Source: Octopus sinensis (lineage: Eukaryota). From it: 64,000 nucleotides of DNA. The notes beneath the pieces are model-generated. The model was not told the DNA's origin. It did no database searches and worked only from the letters and a program-made list of their open reading frames with translations. The DNA is taken from assembly GCF_006345805.1 (NCBI RefSeq), contig NC_042998.1:206832001-206896000 (forward strand), read 5' to 3'. Position 1 is the stretch's first letter. Each line of letters opens with the position of its first letter. Shown here piece after piece: positions 24,684-38,159 of this stretch. The position numbers were made by a program, and so were the translations under genes.

Positions 24684-25037
24684 TGGCCAATGCCAGCGCC
24701 GCCTCGACTGGCTTCCGTGTCGGTGGCACGTAAAAAGCACCATCCGAATCGTGGCCGAAGCCAGTGCCGCCTCGACTGGCTTCCGTGCAGGTGGCACGTA
24801 AAATGCACCAATCCGACCGTGGCCGATGCCAGCCTCGCCTGGCTCCAGTGCTGGTGGCACGTAAAAAGCACCTACTACACTCACGGAGTGGTTGGCATTA
24901 GGAAGGGCATCCAGCTGTAGAAACATTGCCAGATAAGACCGGAGCCTGGTGCAGTCTTCAGGCTTCCCAGATCCTCAGTCGAACCGTCCAACCCATGCTA
25001 GCATGGAGAACGGACGTTAAACGTTGATGATGATGAC
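24684..25037 (+). mobile_element. RTE 3' UTR fragment
   Basis: Three internal units and a (GAT)n tail. Confidence 0.8.
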
Positions 25038-25619
25038 AACCATCACACAAGGTATATGTAATCTCTGAGACTTCTAAGAAAAAATTTTAGTCTTAAAAAA
25101 AAATTAAAAAATAAACTCCATCTTTGTTCCCAAATTCTTATAAATTTTTAGTGTTACTCCCAAATTCTAAAGAAGGTGTAATAGTAAATGTGCTCTTTTA
25201 TAAAATGGCAATATTTGAGGGAGATCTAAGGCGGCAAGCTGGCTGAATTATTAGTACGTCAGGCAAAATGCTTAGCAGTATATCATCTGTTTTCGTGTTC
25301 TGAGTTCAAACGCCACCAAGATTGATCTTACCTTCCATCCTTATGGAGTTGATAAAATAAGTACCATTTTAGCACTGGGGTCGATGTAGTCAACTTAACC
25401 CCTCTCCCAAACTTGTTGGCCTTGTGCTAAAATTCGAAACCAGTATGAGGGGTATTTGACTGCTCTTTCTTGATAAATCAACCACTTCAAGGTGACATTT
25501 TGTTGAGGCAATTATCTTCACTGCTGGACGTCCTCCCAACTCTGGAGTTTTTTTGTTGTTTTTTTTTACATGTGTTTGTGTATTTTTCTTGCAACTAAAT
25601 TTCTTATCCTCTTTTACAG

Positions 25620-25839
25620 TTGTGCAGCAGGTGCAGCAGGAGCTGCCCGTATGAGTTTGCCACCAGTTCTAACTCAGGGGTGTTCACAACGAAAATGTCT
25701 CGAGGTCCCAAGCCCCTGCTTCGGACATGTTCCAAGCAACAGCTCTACTGACACAGAAGCTGATGACTCGACAACCTGCCTGGTCCTAAGTGTTCCGTCA
25801 AAACTTAACATTGTCGCCCCATGGGAGGATACTGATTAA
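25620..25839 (+). CDS. Candidate terminal coding exon of an unidentified host gene
   Basis: Branch-like ACTAAAT, then a pyrimidine tract TTCTTATCCTCTTTTACAG ending 25619. Non-repetitive GC-richer frame CAAGAAGAARMSLPP...NIVAPWEDTD* followed by AT-rich unique sequence. Confidence 0.55.
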
Positions 25840-27283
25840 CCGTCATCGTTGTTTATTATAATTATTTTAACTCAAATTAACATTAATAATTACTATTATA
25901 ATTACATCAACAACTTTTTATCTAATATCTAATTATTTTTATTTACATATTTTTCTCTGGCACTTCAATTTGATCGTTAGTCTATAATGACACAGATAAT
26001 TACATAGAACTGGACATGGTGCTTTACAGCATCTCTTAGGTCTCACAACGTTCCAAGTTCAATTCCTTCTCAAGTCAACTTTGTGTTTCATCCCACCAGT
26101 GGACGATAACAGAAACATCAATAATATATAGTGTACAAATGATTCCATGAAATATACCAAATATATTCACTTCGGTACCAACGTAGAAACTACGGTGTAT
26201 CTTGTCTAAAGAAAATATTTGGACTATAATATTTTACCGGAAGATAAACTACCAGAAAATACCAAATAATGCCAGAGATATCAGACGTGTCAGAAAAATC
26301 TTCAACTGCAAAAATACATTCCTAATGGTTATATAACTCAAAAAATTCTATGCATTCTTAAACTGTATCTGCTTATATATTATTTGTTTATGTGGTGAAA
26401 AGAGAAGTTCGTATATATATGTGTATGTATTTTTTTTATATAGACATACATACATATACACACACACACAAAAGACATATAAAACACAATATATACATAT
26501 ATGCAATATATATGTATATATATATATATTTGTTATTCTTAAGCAAGCATATCACTGACAGTGACTCCGAAGTTTCAGTCAGCTAAACCATCATTGGACA
26601 GTGATGCATTGACATTAATCTTGGCTTTATCCAATCTCTGTTGAATTAAAATCTTCCTTGGGGTTGAGTGGAGTGGTAATTAGGTTGTAGGGTGGATTGT
26701 TATGGAAAGGTGTTTTGTAGAAATTTTTATTAGAGTAAATTTGACAATGTAAAGGTCAAATGTTCAAAGTTTAGTCCAGTATTTAAAAACTTAGCAATTG
26801 ACTATGTTACATTTTGTAATTAAATATTTTAGGGGTTCACAAAAGGTAAGTAGGTGGTGTTTTAGCTGGTCAGTTTCATTACTTGTTATTTAGGGAATTT
26901 TCTGTTTTTAGTCATTGTTAATATTTTTGCTTAAGGATAAAAAAAATTTGTACTCTACAAAAGATTAGAGTAACTCAGCTGATTAATGCAAAATTGTTTT
27001 AATTATAACTGAACATAAAAATAAACATTAATATATATTTAGTAAGGTAACAAGGTAACACCGTTAGTAGGATAGGTAAGGATGGTGGGGGCAGCGTACA
27101 ACTATAAAAGAGTATAATTTATTAACACATATACACATATATGTATATTCATTAGTATACAAATACAACTACACATACACAAACAGGCAATTGTATAGAA
27201 GTGTGGGAATATGTACTTTACTTGTGGGAATGTGCAGGTTATAGAGTGTGTGTGTGTGTGTGTGTGTGTGTGCATAAATTTAA

Positions 27284-27495
27284 CCCATTAAGTCCCAGAG
27301 TTCTTAAATTTCTGAATATTACTTTTAAATTTTTACAGATGATTGAAAATAGGTTAAAATGAAAGAAAAATAATTATTAAATCTCCTTTACTTCAAGTAG
27401 AAATGGAAATACTCGGTGTCCTATAAATAGGACACTGAGACAATGTGATATAGCTTATTCAATGTCCTATTTATAGGACAGTGGGACTTAATGGG
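27284..27495. mobile_element. piggyBac-type MITE with intact ends
   Basis: TTAA-CCCATTAAGTCCCA ... TGGGACTTAATGGG-TTAA, with two internal TGTCCTAT(A/T)(A/T)ATAGGACA palindromes. Confidence 0.85.
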
Positions 27496-27860
27496 TTAAA
27501 GCTTACACTAACAACTGCTATCATTTCATAGAGCTTCATAAACAGGGTCTTACTGGATATAAGATATACTTTTCTGCACCAGCATAGATAAGTGAATGCT
27601 AAAATGACGAGGACAATAATGATGATGATAATTGTACTCCAATTATTTTACAATTACTAAATAGTATAAAATGTTAATCATTACTAAATGTTTTACACAT
27701 AATTAAACTTCACACATTCTGAAACACAAGAGTCATCATTGTGGGGACTTTTTTTTTTTTTTTCATCTATTTTTTTCTTTCAATTTTCTGTAACTGCAAT
27801 TCCTATCTATAAATCCATTTTAAAAGAGAAATATGGTGTGTGCGTGTGTATGTATGTATG

Positions 27861-27914
<54 letters not shown>

Positions 27915-28033
27915 ATATTCAGATAATGAAATGAATATAATAAAGTTCCTGTTCTAAATTGAATACACACACATGCAGACACTATATAAAAACACTGACA
28001 TTCATTGATACACATGTATTCACACACACAAAC

Positions 28034-28068
<35 letters not shown>

Positions 28069-28247
28069 TTTACATATATTTATACATATACAAATATATA
28101 TATGCATATTTGTGTGTGTGTGTGTATGTATATATATATATAAATTTAACAAAAACATATCAAACAGAAAATTTGTAGCTAACTCCTCATCAGAACATAC
28201 ACATATATGCAGAAACATGCTTATGTACATATGTGTATAAGCGTGTG

Positions 28248-28285
<38 letters not shown>

Positions 28286-28359
28286 TATTTGTACAAAAGC
28301 GTGTGTGTTTATACATATATATATATATATATTTTATGAGATAAAATATTTACATAGTC

Positions 28360-28437
28360 AAAAATATGGAACACTTTATGAATTTGCATGCCATCCTTGC
28401 ACAGAGCCCATGCTAATCTTCTCTGCATCATTCCAAA
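28360..28437 (-). pseudogene. U6: U6 snRNA pseudogene (5'-truncated)
   Basis: TTGGAATGATGCAGAGAAGATTAGCATGGGCTCTGTGCAAGGATGGCATGCAAATTCATAAAGTGTTCCATATTTTT is colinear with the 3' three-quarters of metazoan U6. The 5' stem is absent and the ACAGAGA box is mutated. Confidence 0.92.
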
Positions 28438-28609
28438 TGACGACCACCTTGACTTTTGCTTCAGAAACTGTGGCAGAGTCTGTAGAAGATTACAGCATGC
28501 AAATTCCTGGATCCTAGCATGAAACTAAGGAATAGAAGTAACTACTGACTACATATACCTAAACAGGTCTATATATATATATAATCATATAAAATAATAT
28601 TGCACTTCA

Positions 28610-28747
28610 TGTTTGAAACTGCAATGAAGCTTTAGAGTGATACACGAGCATCCAGCTCCAAGCGCATTGCATCTTGTAGCAGAAACAGCTGTAGGCTAAT
28701 GAAGTTGATGACATAATCTCTTACTCCATCGGCATTCTAATTTCTAA
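28610..28747 (+). repeat. Degenerate HHR-bearing repeat, paralogous to 37120-37255
   Basis: CAATGAAGCT...CATCTTGTAGCA-GAAA-CAGCTG-TA with a palindromic stem III; flanked by (TA)n. Confidence 0.5.
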
Positions 28748-28753
28748 TATATA

Positions 28754-28806
<53 letters not shown>

Positions 28807-29710
28807 ATAAATACAGACATATACATATGTATATATATATATATATATATATTACACAATTACACACACATACATATATTACACACACACACACATTTAT
28901 GTTTTAGCACATACCTATAGTTACTCACACACAGAGGCATGCATGCACACACATAAACTGCACTTAAATCAATGTATACACGTATACCCATGTATAAACA
29001 TAAATATGTATGAATGTATATGTATAAAATATACATGTGTGATGATGATGATGTGTGTGTGTGTGTGTGTGCATGTATAAAGTTAGGTATATATATAAAC
29101 ATGTATAAATATGTTATAAACATATGTGTATATACACATATAGACACAAATATACACATTTCTGGCTAAATGTGTGTATGTATATACAAATGTGTATGTG
29201 TGTGTGTATAAACTTAAGTATATATAAACATGTATATGTCATAAGCATATGTATATATACACATAATAGACACAAATATACCTATTTCTGGCTAAACATA
29301 TGTATAAACATATATGTGTGTGTGTGTGTGTGCATAGACTTATTATTTTTTATTCTTATCTGTTTTCATTGGTTTCCAGCAATTTTAACAGATGAAAAAA
29401 AAAAAAAAAAGAAAAACACAAACTAAAACTGTTGATTGTATGCAAATTTTTCCTTTGGATCACATTTTACCTAAAAAAAACCCAAAAAAATTGCATTGAA
29501 TTTCTATTAACCTGGCTATTCAGTTTTTGCCTTCTTTTGCCCACCACCCAACATTTCTGTTTTTTTTTAATACCAAGTTGCTGGGGTGAACTTTGCCTTT
29601 CACCTCCTTCAACGGAGGAGGGCAGTCTGTCAAACATTTGTCGATATATTCTCTCGAAAATTTGTTGGTCTTGTGTCCGATATCAGATTTTAATATATTG
29701 TTTTATATAA

Positions 29711-29920
29711 AGGTGGCAAGCTGACAGAATCATGAGCCATGCTGGGGGAAATGCTTTGGGTCTTTATGTTCCCAGTTCAGATTCTGTTGAGGTCGACTTT
29801 GCCTTTCATCCTTTCTGGGTCGGTAAAATAAGTACCAGTTAAGCACTGGGGGGGGGGCGATGTAATCGACTTACCCCTTCTTCCTTGAAATTGCTGGCCT
29901 CGTGCCAAAATTTGAAACAA
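29711..29920 (+). mobile_element. Family D tRNA-SINE (older variant; another at about 25229-25445)
   Basis: GGTGGCAAGCTGACAGAATC head and GTCGACTTTGCCTTTCATCC core. Confidence 0.7.
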
Positions 29921-30367
29921 ATATTTTGTATTATTTTATTTCTGGAGGGATAGGGTGGGGGCTTTTGTATTTTTCTTTTTCGTTTTTTTTTTTTTTTTTT
30001 TTCAGCAACACCCAGATATGACAAGAGTAGATTACACATACAGAAATATAAAACGTAAAGCACAACAGACCAGACATTGTGATCTGGAATCAAGAAACAA
30101 TGTGCACAGCAAGCATTAACATAATTTATGGTGACCCTTAACAAGAAATTTGCAAATACAACATCCATAATATAACTGTAGGATTTATACCTCTAATTAT
30201 TGAGAGGGATCTCTTAGTTTATATTCTAACTGTCTCAGTAACAATTATGAGAAATAGATTTAAAAAAACCAGGTACACCACAACTCTTCAGAAAAGGTGG
30301 CACTAGTGCAATGACAGTACATAGAATAATGCACAGGAATTGAAGAGTGAGCTATTTAAAAGAGGCA

Positions 30368-30560
30368 TCAGGTGTGTTGTTAGCAAGTTTCAAGAACCAT
30401 GGAAGGTTTGAAGGATGTAGGGTCCTGATAGCTAACAATCAATGCTGGTAGTTTATTCCTCATTTCAGCAATTCTGAGCATGAAAAAAGGGTTTCCGAAA
30501 GTCATGGGTGCTGTGTTGTTTTTTTTATTTTGTAAGCATGTCCAGAGTTTTAGCTTGTAG
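30368..30560 (-). pseudogene. Old 3' fragment of the CR1-type LINE at 31300-32885
   Basis: The reverse complement matches about 32640-32810 (CAGCACCCATGACTTTCGGAAAC...ACACCTGA). Confidence 0.75.
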
Positions 30561-31299
30561 AAGGTGCATATACATAGACATATACACCTATGTATGTGTG
30601 CACGTGCATTCATAATCTCTTAAACAATGACACGCAAACGTACATGCACATACACGTTCAATACTTCCGAGTTGAGGCCTAATATCATCATGTTAGGCAG
30701 AGGTAGGAAAGGGTTTGATAGATACAGTGTGAGCCCTGAGTGGTGGACTGTTGGTGGTTGATTTCCTGGTGTTGTAAATTCAGAGTTCAAATCTGGCCTC
30801 TTGTTGATGAAAAAATAGAATGCTTTTTCTTTCTGGAGTTGCCAAATAGTATTAGATATGAAAATATAGTTCCTTTGGCTCAAATAAATCAACTGCTACA
30901 TATATGTGTGTGTGTGTGTGTGGAGGGTTTGTATGAAAAAAGGAAAAGCAGTTTTCTGAGCTGTCTTGCTGGGTGGTGCCTCTCAATGTGTGCTACCTCA
31001 CTCACGATGGTGCCTCATAAAAAGCATCTAGTGCACTCTGTAAAGTGGTTGGTGTTAGGAAGGGCATCCAGCAGTAGAAACCACGCCAAAACAGACAATT
31101 AGATCTTGGTGCAGCTGTCCGGCTTGCCAACTTCTGTCAAACTGTCCAACCCGTGCCAGCATGGAAAGCAGACGTTAGATGACGATGATGATGACCAAAG
31201 TAACCCATCCTATCCACAGAAGCACAGAAAACGGATATAAAATGATAATGTGTGTGTGTGTGTGTATATCTTTATATACAAGCTTAAATAGGAAGAGTG

Positions 31300-32859
31300 T
31301 AGATCCTGCAATGCTGCGACGTCACCTTCAAAATAAGCGCAACTATGCCTCCCCTGGTCTCGATGGAGTTACATACCTGCTTCTCAAACGTGGCAGGCAC
31401 TTCCTTTTACACCAGCTTTCTATTTTCTTCCAGTACTGTCTCAACAATGGTGCTACTCCGGAGCAGTGGGAAACTGCCAGTGTCATTCCTCTGTTCAAAA
31501 AGGGCGACCGCACATCACCTGTCAACTATCGCCCAGTCAGTCTCACTAGCTGTATTGCAAAACTGATGGAATCGTGTGTCAGAGAAACACTCTGGAACTT
31601 CTGGAGCTCTCACAGTCTCATCCGACCCTCACAATATGGATTTGTCCCTAACTCCAGCTGCAGTGACCAGCTTGTCGAGTTCCTTGAGGACATTACTCAG
31701 ATTACTGACAGTGGCTCATGGGTGGTGTTGTCTACCTTGACTTTGCTAAGGCTTTCAACTCTGTGCCACACAAAAGGCTTATGGTGAAACTCTCTGCAAT
31801 GGGTGTGGGGGATGACCTTTTTAACTGGTTGAAATCCTTCATCCTCAGCCGAAAGGAGGTAGTCACAGTTCTAGGACAGCACTCTACACCATATGAGATG
31901 TCATCGGGTGTACCACAGGGATCTGTCCTTGGTCCCCTCTTGTTTGTGGCATACATTAACGACATAGATGCCAATTTAAAGAATGCCACAGTATTGAAAT
32001 ATGCAGACGACATCAAGCTGTACCTTGAAATCAAGAGGACAGATCCTGATGTCTACAACTCTTTCCTGCAATCAGACCTAGACACAATGCAGCAATGGAT
32101 CACAGACTGGCAACTGAAACTGGCTGTGGACAAGTGTACCACCATGCATTTTGGGAGAAAAAACCCTGCGTTCACATACTCCCTCCACAACACTGATATC
32201 AAGAAATCCTCTTGCGAGCGTGACCTAGGCATCACTGTCAGCAGTGATTTGCGTTGGTCAAAGCATATCTCTAAGATTGTCAGGAAGGCCGAGGGTGTCT
32301 TGGCATCACTCAGCAGGTCTTTTGTTAGCCGCTCTCCAGCCATCTATTTAAAACTATACAGCTATGGTACGACCACACTTGGAATTCGCATCATCAGTTT
32401 GGAACCCCTATCTTGCACAGAACATTGACCTCCTGGAATCTGTCCAGAGACGTGCAACCAAACGCATACCCTCCATCAGACACCTACCATATTCTGAGCG
32501 CCTTGTTTCCCTGGGCATGGATTCACTGAAGCTCCGGCGTTTGGCGACGGACTTGGTAAACACCCACAAAGTTATCAACCACCTCACCAACAACAACACT
32601 GAACACCTTTTTGATCTCCATGTGTCTAACACACGTGGACATGCCTACAAAGTCAGAAAACAATACAGCTCCCATGACTTTCGGAAACATTTTTTCACGC
32701 TCAGAGTTGCTGAAGCATGGAATAAACTGCCTGCGTCAGTTGTTGACTGCCATGACACTGCATCTTTTAAGGCCCTCATGCTTTCCGAAATCCGCCGAAA
32801 CTACACCTGATTATATATACACTTTAGATGAGTTGTAGTGCACCTGAGCACTGTACACA

Positions 32860-32885
<26 letters not shown>
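31300..32885 (+). mobile_element. 5'-truncated CR1/L2-group LINE; RT with two frameshifts
   Basis: SPGLDG, PLFKKGDR, NYRPVSLTS, YLDFAKAF, GVPQGSVLGPLLF, YADD, RDLG, VRPHLE and LESVQRRATK across ORFs 31179-31787, 31718-32428 and 32364-32810; (ATT)n tail. Confidence 0.95.
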
Positions 32886-32890
<5 letters not shown>

Positions 32891-33389
32891 ATTATGAACA
32901 TGTGTGTGAATGTATGTATGCTTGAATAGGATGCATTGTAGATCTATAAATGAGTGTGTGTGTGTGTGTGGAGTGGGGAGGAGGGAGAGAATTTACATTC
33001 ATTGTACTGAGAGAAGCAACCAGCTGCCATGAATATAGAAATGATTTCACTCAGTTGATTACATCTGTTTATCTCCCCCACACACACACACTTTTACACC
33101 CCCTCTCCCTCTTCACACGTTTTCTCACAATCAATACCTTACACACACACAATGCCAACGTACACATTCTTAGCCAGATGATTAATAATACACATGAAAA
33201 ATGCTACATGAACACGCAAATACACAATATTCAATATGCTCTTGTATATAAGTGTGTGTGTGTGTATGTATACACACACACAAGGAAATTAAAGATATTC
33301 ATCTATACAGAGATGGATACATTCAGACTCACACAAACACGCATTAAGAAATGGTACCATATATACGCACATTTATGAATTAATGCAAA

Positions 33390-33397
33390 CGTGTGTG

Positions 33398-33428
<31 letters not shown>

Positions 33429-33465
33429 ATATATGTGTGTGTGTGTATATATATATGTGTGTGTG

Positions 33466-33510
<45 letters not shown>

Positions 33511-33657
33511 GTGTGTGTATATATATATCTATGTGTGTGTATATATATATATATACGTGTGTGTATATATATATATATACGTGTGTGTGTGTATATATAT
33601 ATATATACGTGTGTGTATATATATATATATATACGTGTGTGTATATATATATACGTG

Positions 33658-33691
<34 letters not shown>

Positions 33692-33703
33692 TATGTGTGT
33701 GTG

Positions 33704-33760
<57 letters not shown>

Positions 33761-33806
33761 CTGTGTGTGTATATATATGTGCGTGTGTATATATATATAT
33801 ATATAT

Positions 33807-33855
<49 letters not shown>

Positions 33856-33885
33856 CTCTTGTGAATTGACACACACACACATGTA
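33390..33885. repeat. Compound (TA)n/(TG)n microsatellite
   Basis: Direct inspection. Confidence 0.95.
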
Positions 33886-34296
33886 TACATACATACCAAA
33901 GAAAGGAAACAAAACTCAGATTTCTATCTTTGGATCAAATAAACAACTGTTGCGTATTCCTTTGAAAGTAAGAAATGTGAAACGTGACACTGATGATGGT
34001 GATGATGATGATGACGAAGACGATAATACCGATGACTGGTGATGGTAATGATGCTGCTGTATGTGGTGGTGGTTGTGATATTTGTGGCGATGATGATGAT
34101 GATGATGATGTTGAAGGTATTGGTAATGATAAATGTGTTTGTGTAAGAGTGTTATTGTATGTATGCATGCAGATGAGCAAGCACGTCACATAATCACACA
34201 CAATCACACACACACACAGAATTATAAGCACACTATGTAATCACTGTAAAAATAAAATTACATGTACACACATATGTATGCACATAAATATGCCTC

Positions 34297-34674
34297 AGAC
34301 ACACCACATACTGTATCTACACACATACATAGTCACACCACATAATATATACACACATACACATACAGACATACCACATACTATATATACATACACACCA
34401 CATAATATATACACACACAAATAGATATAGACACACCACATACTATATATATATATACACACACATATAGACAACACATACTATATATACAATATGTATA
34501 TATATACACACACACATACAGACATACCACATACTATATATACACACATATAGACATCACAATATATACACACACAAATATAGATATACCACATACTATA
34601 TATACACACATACATATATATACACACTCACATATATATATAGACACACCACATACTATATATACAATATGTAC

Positions 34675-34707
<33 letters not shown>

Positions 34708-34770
34708 TACCACATACTGTATATACACACATACATATATAGACACACTACATACTATATGTACACACGC
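34297..34770. repeat. Microsatellite-derived minisatellite with a GACACACCACATACTATATA core
   Basis: The core recurs about ten times with variable AC/AT spacers. Confidence 0.75.
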
Positions 34771-35134
34771 AAATACAATTTGTAAACCTTTGTTTGAGGA
34801 CATTTAAGGGGGAAAATTGGTGGAGTTGGATAGAACATGTTGCAATGTTTGTTCTTACACTCTATGCTCTGAGTTCAAATCCTGCCATTGTCAACTTTGC
34901 CTTTCTTCCACTTTTTGTGGTGGGGTCAATAAAAGAAAATATACCCTTCCAAGGTGGTGGAATTATAAGAACATTGGACCAAGATTCCTTGCAGTATTTC
35001 TTGTTTTGTCTCTTTGCATTTTGTGTTCAAATTCTACCCTGGTCTACTTGGCTAGTTGACTTAATCTGCTGCCCATTTTAAAACCACTAACTGGCCCTTT
35101 CGGCACCTTTTTAAACCGGCCCTCTGTTAGTAAT

Positions 35135-35420
35135 GAGAACAAGGGTTCCAACTGATTCAATCAACAGAACAACCTGCTCGTGAAATTAATGTGCAAGTGG
35201 CTGAGCACTCCACAGACACGCATACCCTTAACATCTCGGGGAGATTCAGTGTGACACAGGATGTGACAAAGCTGCCCCTTTGAAATACAGCTACAACTCA
35301 TTTTTAAGGAGCAATGTGAAATAAAATGTTTCACTCAAGGACACAATACACTACTGAGAATTGAACTCACAACCTCATGATTGTGAGCTTAATACCCTAA
35401 CCACTTAGCCAAGCGCCTTC
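35135..35420 (-). mobile_element. tRNA-SINE with a family C 3' body but a different head
   Basis: The body matches about 54280-54430. The head contains TTGTGTCCTTGAGTGAAAC instead of the family C linker. Confidence 0.65.
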
Positions 35421-36149
35421 ATTTGGGTGTCTAACCTGCCAGTTTGATGATATTTGCCTCTCCCTCTTACTGGTCTCAAGGAGTCTGTAAAAGGGAGTGG
35501 ACACTGCCTTCTTTCCCAACTAAAACATTTTTTTTAAAAACATGCACATATTTAAATTTCTTGCCCAGTTTAATGCTACAGCCTATGCCTTGGGTCCCTT
35601 TAGTTGGGCCCACATTACTCTGAGCATTCTTCCTATGTCTTTCTGAAGCACTGAGAGAAGGGTTTCGATGGCTGCACAGGAGCTGCCCTTTCTGCTCGAA
35701 TATAAATAAGCACATCACACACAGAGTCCTACTGAAATTCACACGCACATCAATGCATGTTGGTACACATGCAACCACTTTTATAGGCACATGTGAACAA
35801 AAACAGAAAAGAAAACATCTGCAACAAGTATTTTTGAAATGCATAATATATCCTGTCTTTCTTTTTCTTTTCTTTATTCCATTCTTGATATTCCAAAAAA
35901 ACATTCTAACATACCACCCCTTGTAAACAATATATATATCTATGCATATACAATTCTATACACACACACACACATAGTGAAAACTGAATCAAGGTTAGTT
36001 TTGATGACAATTATGCCATCAAAATTGGAAGATTCCAGGTGAAAAAAAAAACCCACCAGAGATGCTTTGCCCCACACAAGAATTACAGGAGCTGTACTGA
36101 GGTTTTACAAGCCCTAATAAATCCATTGCAATGTTGAGAACCCTTCTGT

Positions 36150-36445
36150 ATTGAAGTTATCTCAAGGTCACAAAGCATTTCACCCTTTATCCTGTACACT
36201 TCACCTGAATAGGGGCAGTGAGGACTGAGATAGTTTTCACCGACAGATGGGTTCCACTTGTGGTCTCTTATCAGCCATAAGCCTCTTTGAGCTAGTTTCA
36301 GCAGCCTTGCCTATTTCCAGGATGATTTTCTTCAGTTGAATGGGTTTCAGGTCTGTCTTCAGCAGGAAATAATGCACTGACCAGGACGAAAAGCTGTGGC
36401 AGCTGGCTTCAATGAGGAATTACTTGCTTAATATTACCCTGGTTA
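36150..36445 (-). pseudogene. RLE-type (HERO/R2-group) non-LTR retrotransposon C-terminal remnant
   Basis: FLIEASCHSFSSWSVHYFLLK...KKIILEIGKAAETSS / LWLIRDHKW resembles the P-x-EVG-x-RGF...AE-x-SS-x-WLW end motif. Confidence 0.55.
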
Positions 36446-36858
36446 TTTCTATTATTTTCAAACAGGTTTCAGCTCAAAGTGATCAAAAGTGGCTTCCACT
36501 ATATATATATATATGTGTGTGTCTTTGTATGTGTATTTGAGTTTATAAACAAGAAAATGTACTCAATACAGAAGTATGGTGTAAAAATTCAATATAGGGC
36601 TGGTTATGCTATCAGTAACCTATGTGAATCTGAGTACAGAGTAATCTCAACACTACAGTGTGTGTGTGTGTAATCATGAAAACAGAGAGGGGGGTGATTC
36701 AGCAAGGTGGAACAAGATTAATATTGGAGTCCCAAGAATAAGAATCCTCTCAAAATGAAAAGGGGCTGAGAGATTGTCCCTTTTAAAAGAGGGGCCAGCA
36801 CATAGTCAACTGCTTTACTCTCTGCAACTTCCCCTTATAAGAATATGTATTATATACA

Positions 36859-36891
<33 letters not shown>

Positions 36892-37119
36892 GTACATCTG
36901 TAATATATAATACACACACACACACACACACAAAATGCATGAACATATGTGTATATTACAGTCACACAGATATTTCATTTTAATGATTACATTTATAATT
37001 TGCATAACGCTCAATTTAACTCCTTCATTCCTTTTTCCTTAATTTTCTTCTTGATTCTGGTTGATTTTTAACTGACATTGTCCTCTTATTCACAATGGCT
37101 TCTACACATTTACATATAT

Positions 37120-37255
37120 AACACTTCATGATGAAGCTACAGCATGATACTCAAGCATTCAATTATGAGTGCATTGCATCTTATAGCAGAAACGACTGTA
37201 AGCCAATGCAGTTCATAACATAATTGTTTATTCCTTTGTCATTCGAATTTCTTTA
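37120..37255 (+). repeat. Degenerate HHR-bearing repeat
   Basis: ATGATGA-A-GCTA...TAGC-A-GAAA-CGACTG-TA, with a long stem II. Confidence 0.5.
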
Positions 37256-38159
37256 CACACACACACACACATATGAACAACAAAAAAAAGAGAAAAAAAC
37301 CTAAATATAACATCTTTTGATTCTCTCCTATAAACTAATTAACATCTGCTAATGACAATTAAAAGAATGGCCTCTGTGTAACGATGTACAGCTGTTTAAT
37401 GCCTCAATTCAAGTCTAACAATCCATCCCCCAGGTGATGTAACAATTATAATAATTATAGTAATGAGGAATAACAACACAATCAAAAAGACAAAAAAAAA
37501 TGGCATTTTTAATATTTCTAATTTTTTCTTCCTCAGACATGTGACATTTTTAAATGTTGATAGAAAAAAAAAAACTGAAGAGAGTAATAAAAAAAACTTT
37601 TTTTTTTTTTTTACATCCTTGAAGGAAATCTTTCTTTCTGGTAAAATACAACTTCCAGCAAATTACAACAAAACCAAAATCTCCAAACTAATTCCTGAAA
37701 TAAGATTCTCAACAATTTATCTTTTCTAGATTTCCCCATTTGTCTGCCTTTTTTTTTTTTTTTACCTCTTTTCTTTTCTTTTCCTTCTGACTTTGATGAC
37801 TTAATGCTTGCCTCTCTAAGCAGAAGTTTGTTTGGTGCTAATAACCACCCACCACCTTTTACCAAAATGCAATCTGCTGCCAAGATACATATATTAGGAC
37901 ATCTTCATTGCTATAGTTTCGATTTGTGATGAGAACTGTTTAGGGGGGGGGAGTGGGTAGTGACCGGAAGGTGGCTAAAAAAAAAAACCAGAAGTACTCA
38001 GCAGGTTATCTGGAATTCATTTCTGTGTGTAATTGGAAGTTTGAATCAGAATGGCATTACTTAAAGTTTCCCAGAAAGTCTGAGGACAGGAGGGTGGGGA
38101 GGGAATCTAAGTTACTTGGCCAGGAATGTTTTTTCCAATTCTGAGCCATCAATGGGTGG

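Noticed and set aside
33303-34042. [12 protein letters not shown] ORFs here and at 17.5-18.1, 27.7-29.4 and 57.3-59.7 kb
   Set aside because: Translations of dinucleotide microsatellites.
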